Of a stretch of 64,000 nucleotides of DNA, positions 52,997 to 64,000 are shown in pieces; the stretch's first letter is position 1, and each line of letters starts with the position of its first letter. The position numbers and the translations under genes are program-made. The DNA is from Hydrolagus affinis. Lineage: Eukaryota. The stretch covers positions 1-64,000 of the forward strand of contig JAAILG010000554.1 of assembly GCA_012026655.1 (NCBI GenBank), in the 5' to 3' direction. Under the pieces are notes generated by a model, which saw nothing but the letters and a program-made list of their open reading frames with translations, was not told the DNA's origin and searched no databases.

Positions 52997-53406
52997 CTGT
53001 CTTTCCCAGTTTCCTGTTTGAATATCCTATCACAGTGGTTCATGCGATCCTCGGTTGTCACATATATCTTTGCGTGAGGGTAACTCTTCACAATTTCCCA
53101 CAGCATATTGTAAATGATTCCTTTCCCGTCCTGACGCATGTTTCTATAAGGCCCCCAGATAACATAGACTGTGTCATTTGCTTCTCCAAAGAAATATTGC
53201 TGCCTTTGGAAGAGAAGCGGGACACTTGTGTGGGACACCACTCTGACAGTAGTCCTTGTCCCCACATCTGTCTCGAATCCCTTTGAGGGTGCATTGTTCA
53301 TTCTCCAGACACACGTGGATTGGTCAATATTCTGGCCCATCTTTTGTCCGAGCATCTGTCCAGAGCTGGAGACAATGCTGCAGATATTACAGTTCAGTCG
53401 GAGAGG
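52997..53406 (-). CDS. ST6GALNAC3: ST6GALNAC3 coding exon (410 nt, phase 0/2) containing sialylmotif L
   Basis: Acceptor tctcttttctgcag|CCT and donor GACAG|gtacga. PLRLNCNICSIVSSSGQMLGQKMGQNIDQSTCVWRMNNAPSKGFETDVGTRTTVRVVSHTSVPLL...YVIWGPYRNMRQDGKG...FKQETGKDR carries the ST6GalNAc III-type VVSHTSVPLL and WRMNNAP motifs. Confidence 0.97.
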
Positions 53407-54604
53407 CTGCAGAAAAGAGACAATTGCCAACATTCAGTTTCCATAACAACAACAACTTGCATTTATATAGCGGGTCAGCATCTTGGAGTGCTTGGGAAAA
53501 CAGACACAGCACATCCATGTATTTAAATATCAATGGCTGTATGCTCACTGCTTTATAGAATAACTCTAATAGAATAACTATATTATTATCAAAGCAATCA
53601 CTTCAGGACAATCACTTGTAATACTATATTCGGTATACATTTGCTTATACAAATTTACTGCTTTAATTCACCCGATCCTGTTTTCAACATCATCAGAAAA
53701 ACCGTGATCCACACAAATTAAATGGAAATGTTCGATAATCAAACTTTACAGCTGGTGAGAAAAGAATAAGAAAACCCAGGCAATGCCTGCAGATATAAAC
53801 AGAGGAGATGTTTTCACTCTGATTTGGAAATTGATTGACCTTTGCTGATGAGAACAGATTTTTCTTCCTTGTCATTAAAGTAGAATTCCCATTGTAAACT
53901 ATACAGTGCTAAAGGTCAGAAAGTTTGACCATAGGGGAAAATAAACCACTATAATGCCACAAAACGGTTTTAAAAATACTCACCTAAAAAGGTAAAAGGT
54001 ACAGTAACTTTGTGTCCTTTTATTTAGCAGGACAAAAATGAATGCTCATAATTTTATTATGAGAAGTGAGTCACAGAAGCTGAACGAACATTGTGAGCGA
54101 GCTGAATTAGCATCATTAACTCAGAGTGCTTCAGTGATTGTGTCTCTACAATGGTGCACGTTAATTCATCTTGCTCACACCATAGGGATCAAGAATTCTT
54201 CACAGCCAATTCATGCGATGATTTCAACAAACACTGTTATTTTAAAAATCAGCCAAATGACAGTTATAATGATCTTATATATTTAACATTTCATTTCAAG
54301 GGGTACAATAGGCTTGCCTGCTGATATGTGAATCATACCCGTTTCAGAATTGCTATTGGAAGTAAAAGTACCAAAGGTATTGCAGAGTCATTCTTTAGCT
54401 CTTAAAATTTTTTTGAAGTAAAGCAAGAGTGAGATTATGGTGTTCTAATAGATACCATTTTAATATATTGGACTTCCAATGAATGGGTCTGGTTTATAAT
54501 TCCATGTCAATATTAAACTGGACTAATTTGGAAAGGCAACTTATTAGTGCATGTTCACTGAATTGCTGAATGCAACAGTGAAACGCTCCATCTCTGGAGA
54601 AAAT

Positions 54605-54678
54605 ATAATATATATATAATAATAATCCTTACATTTATATAGCGCTTTCCACATCTTATCGATGTCCCAAAGCGCTTC
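54605..54678 (-). mobile_element. SINE tail fragment
   Basis: Reverse complement GAAGCGCTTTGGGACATCGATAAGATGTGGAAAGCGCTATATAAATGTAAGGATTATT. Confidence 0.8.
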
Positions 54679-57129
54679 AATAAATATTAAAATAAATATT
54701 ACAATGGAAGGACATTCTACTGCAAGAAGCATATGCATTGTGACAACTGTGGAGAAGTTCATGAGATCCATTCCATTCTCCTGGCTGAAAGACACAGTGG
54801 AGGTGATAATGACACCAATGTAAAAGGAGTTTTTTTTTTCTATCTCTCTCATTTATTAGAAGCTTTAGATCTAGTTTCTGTACAATTATCTTATATGCTG
54901 AAAGTAAGACTGAAGTGCAGTTATACAGGAATCTAAGAACAAGCTAAGCCAATTTGTTGCGCTCTTGGAAGAGCTAGAAATGATTTAGAGTTAACATGGA
55001 AGTTTGTTTATCAATGCATTTCACTACATGCAGCAAAACTGCTGAAATATTACAATTATTACAACTAATTATAAAATTGAGGAAATAAATTGGTTATCAT
55101 AAATCTTGAAGTGATCAATGGCCAGTAATAACCAATGACCTGTACCCAGCAACATCTTGAAAAGGGCATCCAGAAGGAAAATGAGAACTCCAATGTAGTT
55201 TGGAGGGAGGCATGAGTGTTGGAAGCTTAATGCCTACAGAAATCATCTCTACTCACATGAGAGGCCAGAACTCCTGATACAGATCTGACATCAAGCCTGT
55301 GAAATGATGTAATCTATTCCAAAAGGGACACAGTAACTCAGCAGATGTTCTGTGCTTTATTAATTGCAGCAATTTAGTAATTTTCTTAAGAATGCTGTCA
55401 AATTACAAAATGCTGCTATTACATTAATTATATCTTGTGAATCTTTAAAGCCTTTCAAAGTCATCTTGAACTGAAAAATACATCATCACGTTTGCACACC
55501 AGCTTTCCGTTTGACACGATTGGCACAACCGCAGATAAATATAAGTGAAGACAACAGTCATAGGTCTGTGTGAACACTGGAAACCCGGTGGTACTTTAGA
55601 AAACTAGCTCACGTTTAGGATAGTGTTAAAATGTCAAGGTTTTCCTTCAACCTCTGTATTCTATTGATTGGCTCCAGGATAGTGTAGGAGTAGCATACTG
55701 ATTTATCACTTTTCCTCCATCGTTTCATCTCATTTCATTGGTTTCACTTATCTTTCAACAGTATATACTCACAAACTAGTGAATTAATGAAGCTTTTGAA
55801 ATCACATAACTGGCAGAAGTTCGTACAACTACACACTTGCAATAATCTACATATATGACGCTATTAGAATTTAGCACTTTTTAAAATCAAATCAGATTAT
55901 TGTGGCATTGTTCAGAGAATATTGAACCTAATTATTCAGTCTTATAGTTAGTGAATGGCAGCACAATCATTATCTTGCCCTTCGATAATCCTATTGTTAA
56001 CCTTTACAGATGTCAATTTTTGTGAAAAAAAAGTAATTGATTTATACCAATTTCCTTCTTTCCTTTATTACAGTTCTCAAATTATAATTTTGCAAGACCT
56101 CATTTTAGTGCAGAGCTCACATTCAAACATTTAATACATAAATCAAATGCATTCAATCTCGCAAAAAAGGTTTCAGAGCAGCGGAGGTTTCACAGCAGAT
56201 GGCAAATGACAGTAAATAAAAGTATTATCTGAGCAGTCAAGTGCATCAGTGGCACTTAAGACAATTTCTCATTACTGAAGGTCAAGCCATGCAATATGGC
56301 ATGTCTGAATGACCCAAATGAAAGGAATTTAGAGGCAAACATCATGGCAGTTCAGTAGCTTTTATACTAAACTGAGACAGGAACTCCACCATTCGTAGTG
56401 CAATACTATAGCTAGACGTCTCTACCTATGAATCCTATACGACACATTTGTGATTGTGGCAAATTGGGGTAGAGAGAATCAATCTGCCAACCTGATCCCA
56501 ACGTGCCTGGGAAGTTTTTTTTGAAGAGCCATGAACACCCACGTAGAATAAATGCACTGGGTAACCTTCTGAAACTTTCAATATACTGCACTGTATTTTG
56601 ATGTTATTAAACAATCCAATAACATGAACTCCTGAAACACAGTACATACACAAGGAGGGCGCATAATGTACACAAGAATGTACAAACATACGGCTTTTAG
56701 GCACTTTTTTTGTATAGATGTTTGCTCCTCCCAAGAAGCTGTCCATCCTAATCACAATTGCCTGCACTTTTTCTGTTTCTCACAGTTTTCCTCTTCATGT
56801 GTTTTTTTTGGCTAGTTTATTATAAATATCCCCCAATCAACTCTGCTCTAACAGTCACCTTGGGCAAATCACTTCCTATTCTGACAATGCTCTGGCAGAA
56901 GAAGTTTTCCTGAACCACTCTTTTTACTTCACTAATCAAAGTTTGGATTCTTATCCCCTACACCTCCACAGCAGAAACAGGTTCTCGTGATTAATCTTCT
57001 AGTTGACTATCACCAGTGCCAGGCTTACTGTTTGATAATATTTTTTTAAATGCCTAACTGCAGTGTTGTGTGTACCAAGATGCGGTTGTGCAGAATGCCA
57101 AACCTATCTATAGTTTCCTGCCAGGAATT

Positions 57130-57418
57130 ACAACAATAACAAAATTACACTTGTATGGCGCCTTTCACGTCAGGAAGATGTCCCAAGGCGCTGGACAGTC
57201 ATTGTTTCAGACCCAAGCTGGGGTCGGGACGGGAAGGGTGGAGAGAAAGGGGAGGATTGGGGTGACCGATAGGACTGTTGAAGAGGAGTGTCTTGAGGCA
57301 GGATGTGAAGGTACGCAGTGGAGGGACTGTGGGATGGAATTCCAGAGGTTCGGGGCAGAGTGTTTAAAGGCTCACCCGCCAATGTGGGGCGGGTGAGTCG
57401 GGGGATGTGGAGCAGGTC
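57130..57418 (-). mobile_element. L2 LINE 3' fragment
   Basis: GAATTCCAGAGGTTCGGGGCAGAGTGTTTAAAGGCTCACCCGCCAATG block and a tail AGCGCCTTGGGACATCTTCCTGACGTGAAAGGCGCCATACAAGTGTAA followed by (TTG)n-like repeats. Confidence 0.8.
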
Positions 57419-57419
57419 T

Positions 57420-57503
57420 ATTACAGTATATTCTGTGAAGTGTTTTGAGATGTCTAGAAGACATGAAAAGCGCTATATCAAATGCAAGGATTACTATTAT
57501 TAT
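57420..57503 (+). mobile_element. SINE tail fragment
   Basis: TTACAGTATATTCTGTGAAGTGTTTTGAGATGTCTAGAAGACATGAAAAGCGCTATATCAAATGCAAGGATTAC. Confidence 0.88.
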
Positions 57504-60032
57504 TGCTCTAACATGCATTTTATTACAAGCTTTTTCTACGAGACCTTCTTATGCATAACTGTTAATTTTTTTTATTAAATCCAAAGTCTAATGTAATGTC
57601 AAACATGGAACATAATACATCATTCTGTTTACACTCAACTCGCCCACAATCACTTATTTATGAGTTGATCATCAATGGCAAACAGGAAAGTAAAGTAATA
57701 CTGTAGTGTGATGCATCAAGCGACAGTTACACGAAAATGTGGCTTGTTTGCCTCACAACAATGAATGAAAAATCAGATTCTCTTACTTTGTGGGTTATAG
57801 AAGCAAGTGGGTACCTTTCAGAGCTGGCAGTACATTGAGTTTGATGCCTGAATGGAATGGTTTGATACAATACAAAATATGTAATCAGACCAACACTTAG
57901 AAAGAGGTGATGAATTTGAGAAATTAGATTACTTCAGAGTGAGATGATTGCTTTGTATTGGACAAATCCTCTTTCTGTCTCATGCTTATGGTCAGACACA
58001 TTCCACTGAATAGCTGAAGTACCAAATTCCTATGTTATCTAGACAGTAGCAGATGTTTCTCTGGATATTAGTGCTGGGGAATTGAACACGTTCTCCTTTT
58101 AGGCATCAAGGTTGAGTATTTCCATATCAAGAACAATTGATTAGAAGCAGAATAAAGCCTATTAGCTTTGTATTCCCAAGTGAAGTTGAGAAGTGTTCCC
58201 GCAGCCCAGCACTGTTATCCCAGCAGTGTTATCCAGACATTATTGCTTGCTGAAAGGAGTTGTTACTTGGAACAAAAAACTGGTTTTGTGTTAGGCTCAA
58301 CTAAGAACTGGATTGAAACCATGGTCAACAATTTTACAAACTGTGAACATCTGAATGAATGTGAAAGAATGATGGCATTGTGTTAGAATAATAAAATATC
58401 CAGAAGATACCAATGGTTCAGACCCTGGTTCAGCCACTTTCACGTTGGACACCTGGGTTACTCGGCCTGGAAAAGCCTTGCTCAGCCTGAACTAGCAATG
58501 AACTCAGCATTCAGCAACTACCAGCCTGGAGATTAGTCAAAGGTTCTTCAATTAATCGTCAAACTGCTTGGACTCCCATCACGTACACGCCCACATCCTC
58601 CAGGTGATCAGGTTAAAAGGAAAAATCTGCTACCACAGTCCAGTCTCTTTGGTCAAAACTGTTTCTGAAGGAAGGATTTGGATGGATCAGAGTGAGTGAT
58701 CTGATTTTTATTTCCTTCTCCAAATAATTCAGATTGAGAAGTGGCCTTCGAAAGTATTCAACTGAGCACATGTGCAAATAAATGCATGTAGAACTAACCG
58801 CATGTGTGAATGCAAAAGTAAATAAATGTATGTCTCCGCTGACTGATGCCAAACTCCGACTGTTTTAATATTATTAAAGAATCAGGAATGCAACCAAATG
58901 GGCATGAGATTTGTGAGAAATTCAGTTGATGGTTTTGGTAGCTGCTGACAGCTCAAAGTTGTATATCTATGAGATTACACAGATTTGAAAAGAATCTTTA
59001 ATAATGATGTATACATAAATTCCAATGCACACAACTATGTCTTACCACAAAAGATTTGCCTTGGGTTTAGAGAGGTCCGAGGATAGATAATACATCCCTT
59101 TACTTCAACAACTTCTTATAGATTTGGTTGAGATAGACATGTAAACATTGTAGACTTGCATGTAAACATTGCATAATTATCCACCCAGCACATTTTTTAT
59201 GTGAAGTGTACGCTTTGATGTGTTTAAAAAAAACTGTCAAGTGTAATTTCAATTCTGTTCAATGTTTTTTGGGAGGGTTTGGCTCATGTTAAGATGATTT
59301 TACAATTCTCTTACTTCATCACTATGTAGTGCCAACAGTATAAATATGAAGCATGGGTATTGTATGTATGCCCACTCATCTCCTCAGCTCGTTTGCTCAA
59401 TCATCTCTGTAAAGAGCTTTGAGATGTCCTCCGGCCAAGAAAGGTGTTATGTAAACTGTTGTTGTAGGTAGCATAAGGCCTGCAAAACAAAAACAGGCTG
59501 CAGCAATAATTTTCAACTTAAGTGGTTGGTCATTTAACCTGAAATAAAGAGATGTTTATCCATCTTAAGGTCTCCCTAATCCTAATACAGTACTTCAGAT
59601 CTTTATAGGACAAGATTGCATCCTATAGCCCAAGATATTAGGTTACATATGAGGCTCGGTAATTTAACAGCTGCTGTACTTTTGGATAGGTACAGAGCAG
59701 CAGAGAAAGGAATAAGAATGATTCAGAGTTGCAAAGGCTCTGTGTGACAGCAAGGATGTCAATAGTTGGTAAAGAGTATCATCCAAAAAACATATAGATA
59801 CTGGACACCTTTTCGAAGAGAGATGCTTGAAATAATAGAGATATGGAGCTGCGATGTTGCATGTGACAAAAATGGCAAAGTGAAGAATCGAAAATTGAGA
59901 TGAAAGTGACAGAGGAAAAATACAGATCAGAAATATAAGCAGACACATTGAAAGTGTAAAGGCAAGAGGGAAGCTTACAGCAAAGAAAGATGTGAAGAAA
60001 CGAGATGGGAAAAGCATGGGTGAACTAAAAAA

Positions 60033-60311
60033 TATAATAATACTAATCCTTGCATTTGATGTGGCACTTTTCACGTCTTCTAGACATCACAAAGCACTTC
60101 ACGGAATGTACTGTAAAGTGAATTGACTGTATATATGTGGGCGAAACACAGTGGCCAATTGCGCACAGAAGTTGTGGATTGAAATGATCAAATTATTCCT
60201 TTTTTGAGGGATTATTATCAGGCTTGTGGAGTTCGATTTGAACCTGCCTGGAATCGAACCCAGGTCTCACGCTTGTAAGACAAGTGCTCTAACCGCTGAG
60301 CTACAGGACTC
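60033..60311 (-). mobile_element. SINE copy, full length, with intact Pol III A and B boxes
   Basis: Minus strand GAGTCCTGTAGCTCAGCGGTTAGAGCACTTGTCTTACAAGCGTGAGACCTGGGTTCGATTCCAGGCAGG, then family body and tail. Confidence 0.92.
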
Positions 60312-60351
60312 TAAGAAGGATGCACAAAAGCAAAAAGACAGCTAAGAGGCA

Positions 60352-60353
<2 letters not shown>

Positions 60354-60388
<35 letters not shown>
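60354..60388. repeat. (TA)n microsatellite
   Basis: Read directly, about 17 units. Confidence 0.95.
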
Positions 60389-60391
<3 letters not shown>

Positions 60392-61162
60392 TGAATAATT
60401 AAACAGAAAAATAAAAGCTGTAAATGCACACACCAAACATGAGTGAGGAAACAAAAATTATCATCTGAGTGGAGAAAAAGGAAATCAACCTCCCACATTC
60501 CAGCGCAGTGACTGGAATAGCAATCAGGTCTGCGAAGCTTGCCTGCTCCTTCCCCAGGGCTACGAAATGCTGAAGGAAATTACAGGACTCCCATTGAAAT
60601 CAAAACACAGCACAGACCAGATTCGCACAAGACAGTGGAGAACATCTACAATTGATTTCAGTGCTCTGCCACAGTCAAGCACCCAATCCTACATAAGGAG
60701 CGCTAAATAAGTGCAAGCTGTTGGGCTCGTCCTGGCCAAAATCTAAAATATGCTGGGGAGTGAGTGACCCTGCTAACCTTGCATTTGTCCAGCCTACTTA
60801 CGTACCTACGTACCTGTCAGGGAATTATCTTGCAGGGTTAGGTGCACACATCCAAGTTTGCCTTCGCTTATTGCGGAACTCAGAGAGCCAGTTCAGCCCA
60901 GAGAGATGCTCACGTCAATCAGTACCTTAAGAAGACATCGTTCCAAACAGCAGCAAAGGAAATGTTACAGCAAACTGCAAGTTAATGGAGAGAAAGGCTA
61001 AACTGGACTTGAATAGAAAGACAGAGATTGAGAGGAAGAACAAATGGTGTTCTTTTAAAAACGAAAGGCAAGCGAGATGGATCGATGGCCTGTTCCTGTC
61101 TGAAATTGTTAACATACAACAAAACATGGTGAAAAGGGAACAATGGAACGTTAAAAAGTAAG

Positions 61163-61500
61163 AACAACAACCTGTATTTATAGAGTGCCTTTCACATACA
61201 GTGAAAGCTTAAAAATGTTTTACAGAGACTGTGCTGGACACCAAGCAGGGAAGGAGGGAGGGAGGGCGAAGAGAAGGGGAAGGAGGGAGGTGCCCATAAG
61301 CACAGTCAATGAGGCATGTTATCAGGAAGCGTTTAAAGACAATAGAAGAGGGCTCAAGGCATAGAGATTAAGGGAGAGGATTCCAGAGGTTAGCAACTTT
61401 GTGGCTGAAGGCGTGGCCACCAGTGGTGGGCAGAGAGGGATGAAAGACGTCAAACAGGGACAGATTGTCAAGCGGAAGGGCTAGGCGAGCGAGTGTGGCA
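61163..61500 (-). mobile_element. L2 LINE 3' fragment
   Basis: GATTCCAGAGGTTAGCAACTTTGTGGCTGAAGGCGTGGCCACCAGTGGTGG block homologous to 57340-57390, with a (CAA)n-flanked tail. Confidence 0.75.
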
Positions 61501-64000
61501 AGAGTAGATTATTTTTCGCCAAGAACATCTTGGGGTGAAGGCTATGATGACCAAGACTGATAAACTAAAAGAATAACAATGTAAGGGACGATGTCGGATA
61601 CTTTGATACACCTCACAACAGCACCGAATAACTATCTGATTCCAAAAATCCACACTCAAATTTTAGTCTTGCAAAGTCTCAAACGCACATAGACATACAC
61701 TTTCTCCCACAATGTAATATTGCTATTTCTCTCTTCCTCCTCCACCCCTTAATCAATACATTCTCCCTTTCTCACACCAAACCCTCATTTTACCTTCACA
61801 AATGAACTAAGGATTATATAATTTAACTGAGGGTCTGGTCTTGTGTTTGCATTGTTATGTGGGACCCTTAAATCAGACCCCGCTGAATGAACCATAAAGA
61901 ATGCAAAACACAAACCCAGGAGTCATAAAGTAAAATAGAATCATAAAGTAAAATTTTAGTACCATATTTGCATTGATTCTTGCCATGCCAAGTAAGACAC
62001 TTTATAATACGATTCCTGATATTATTTGTTCTTGTTCTGGCAGATATAGAGTAACATCAAATTGTTAGATACTACACCTCTACTTAGTGTAGGCCAACCT
62101 ACTATATAACCAACAACAGTGAATATAAGGATTGATTTGAAATTATTTTACAGGCGATCACATTAATTAGTACTGTGTAAAGCCATTACTCCTATCCTCA
62201 ATCTTACATGTGCTATTCTCAGTCATCTCCTGGGAATATCTCTTGATTAAGCGTGCATTATTTTGATAATTTAGGCTCAAATATTGAATCTAGTGGACAA
62301 AGTTGGTGCTGATTTTTCTCTGTCCTAACCAATTTTTCTCTTTTTTTTATTGATCTAACAATTGCAATACATTTGCTCCTAACTCCTGCGACACATCTAA
62401 TATGAGAACTTCATGCTTGTCCTCCAGCACTGAAATACATCAAGAAATTACATTGAAACCTTTACTTCTGTTACTGCTCAATGCACCAAAGCAATAATAT
62501 TTCAGATTGGCTTTGTTGATATTGCAACTCAGGTGGAAAATAGATTTGTGAAGGGAAGACACTGAGATATATCCACCTATTCAGTTACCTTTCATTTTTT
62601 TTACTTTGTGGTCATACAGTAGCTTTGAAAATGTAACCAAATTGACTGCAGAATATAAATGACCAAAGTATCAATTTCCTTTGTCTCGAAGCATTGTTTC
62701 CAATTTTTTCAGTGTAATAGCGAACATTTTCTGCAGCGGACCACTGGAGCAGGATGATAGATTACTCCATTTAACTATTTCATTGTAAACTTTTCAGACA
62801 TTATAGGGAAACGTAGGTGTCCTACTGATATCAATCTACTGGCAAGCAGTAATCATTCCAAATGCCCAAAGTTACTATGATTTTGAGCTACAATTACTGT
62901 CAGAATTACTTATCATATTTTCCCTCAGTGATTTTGCCACTGGGCAATATAAAATTCAGTCCCCTTGCAGCACTAAATTACAGTGAAAAAGAGAGTGTGT
63001 TGGCGTTAATAAACAAAAATGCAACCATTACATTCTGTTTCAACAATGATGGGTGAGTAATAGGTGGTGTAATTTGGATGTGCATTTTAGATCATCACAT
63101 TCTACTTTGCTGGCACCTTCCAGGCTCCATCTAACAGTTTCACAGGCATCAATCAAGTCGTCATGTGTCGGATATATCCAGAGGGTTATAGTTATATTAA
63201 TGAAGAGAGCAGACAAACAAATCAATTTCTCGAAAAATTGAATGACAATAAGAATGAACACAAACAAGTTGTGCGAGTTTGCTGGTTTCCCAAAGGTTCT
63301 CTATGTTACAAACAATGCACAGAAGCAAAGTCACCTTTCATGAGGATTGTTATTTATTATCATCATCAGAAAATGCATAAATATGCATGTAAAGGAGGTG
63401 TTTGAGTGAAATGAGTTTTTATAGCTGCCTGGCAGGAGGCCGCAGGCTGCAAATGTATCTAATGACTTTTATTCTATATCTACACAGCACTCTAGAACAA
63501 AATATAACCAAGCATATTGAACTATTAAATAAACAAAAAAATTCAATTGAAATGCAATCATGAGTGAACTGGTATGTGACCACACCAATCACCCAGGGAT
63601 CTGTAATAGTTTTCTGCTGTTCTTATAAAACATTGATGCAAGTAGGAATGTGATGAACCAGTTGGAAGATCCTGGCATCAGGATACAACAAACAAATTGG
63701 ATTTATCCCTTATCAGACTCCCCAGTGCATATGAAGTTTTACCTCAGTGTGTCTGCTCGTTCCAGAGCCTCGAAGCTGAACTCTTTGGTGTCAGGTTTCA
63801 TAAGAGATCAGATCGTGTAAGGAGGAGAGAGAATTGGCATTTTTTTAAAATTAACCAATTTATGCGTTTTCAACATTTGGAAGCTTACAGGGGTTATGTC
63901 TGAAGATATAAAAGTATAAGACATTGTTCTAAATGTACAAAATTCCATATTTTAATTCAGACTGTATCATCAATTTGAGATACATTGAAATGTGCTATCC

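Noticed and set aside
52966-53558. Several overlapping ORFs on both strands around the ST6GALNAC3 exon
   Set aside because: Shadow frames of the real coding exon.
3818-60311. Dispersed near-identical repeats considered as a CRISPR-like or other array system
   Set aside because: Irregularly spaced, in both orientations, variably truncated, with tRNA heads and simple-repeat tails. These are ordinary SINEs in a eukaryotic genome.
60926-61099. Exon-shaped minus-strand segment (ttcag| ... AAG|gtact) with a hydrophobic frame containing TFPLLLFG, considered as ST6GALNAC3 exon 2
   Set aside because: All three frames contain stops, and the expected HYGY..(Q)E exon-2 ending is absent. At most a non-coding or cryptic exon.

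Overview
AT-rich vertebrate genomic DNA, not prokaryotic. The repeat repertoire (tRNA-headed SINEs with L2-type tails, Deu-domain SINEs, CR1, L2, RTE and Penelope-type relics) and the compact introns suggest a cartilaginous fish, possibly a chimaera such as Callorhinchus; the species call is inference. The window holds two tandem, minus-strand glycosyltransferase family 29 sialyltransferase paralogs. ST6GALNAC3 contributes its last three coding exons (53406-52997, 34906-34799, 33908-33719); its first two coding exons were not found and presumably lie beyond 64000. About 23 kb downstream, ST6GALNAC5 contributes its first three coding exons (10810-10796, 10255-10064, 213-<1). All junctions are GT-AG with consistent phases. 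The remainder is intron or intergenic DNA with many transposon relics, including a hAT MITE with a perfect 8-bp TSD and a pogo/Tigger-like MITE, plus microsatellites and one 141-N gap. Almost all short ORFs in the supplied track are spurious. I cannot support a wholly new biological system. The best leads are a uORF whose stop overlaps the ST6GALNAC5 start (ATGA), a decayed hammerhead-ribozyme core in a Penelope-type relic, and covarying 3' stem-loops shared by the SINE and L2 tails.
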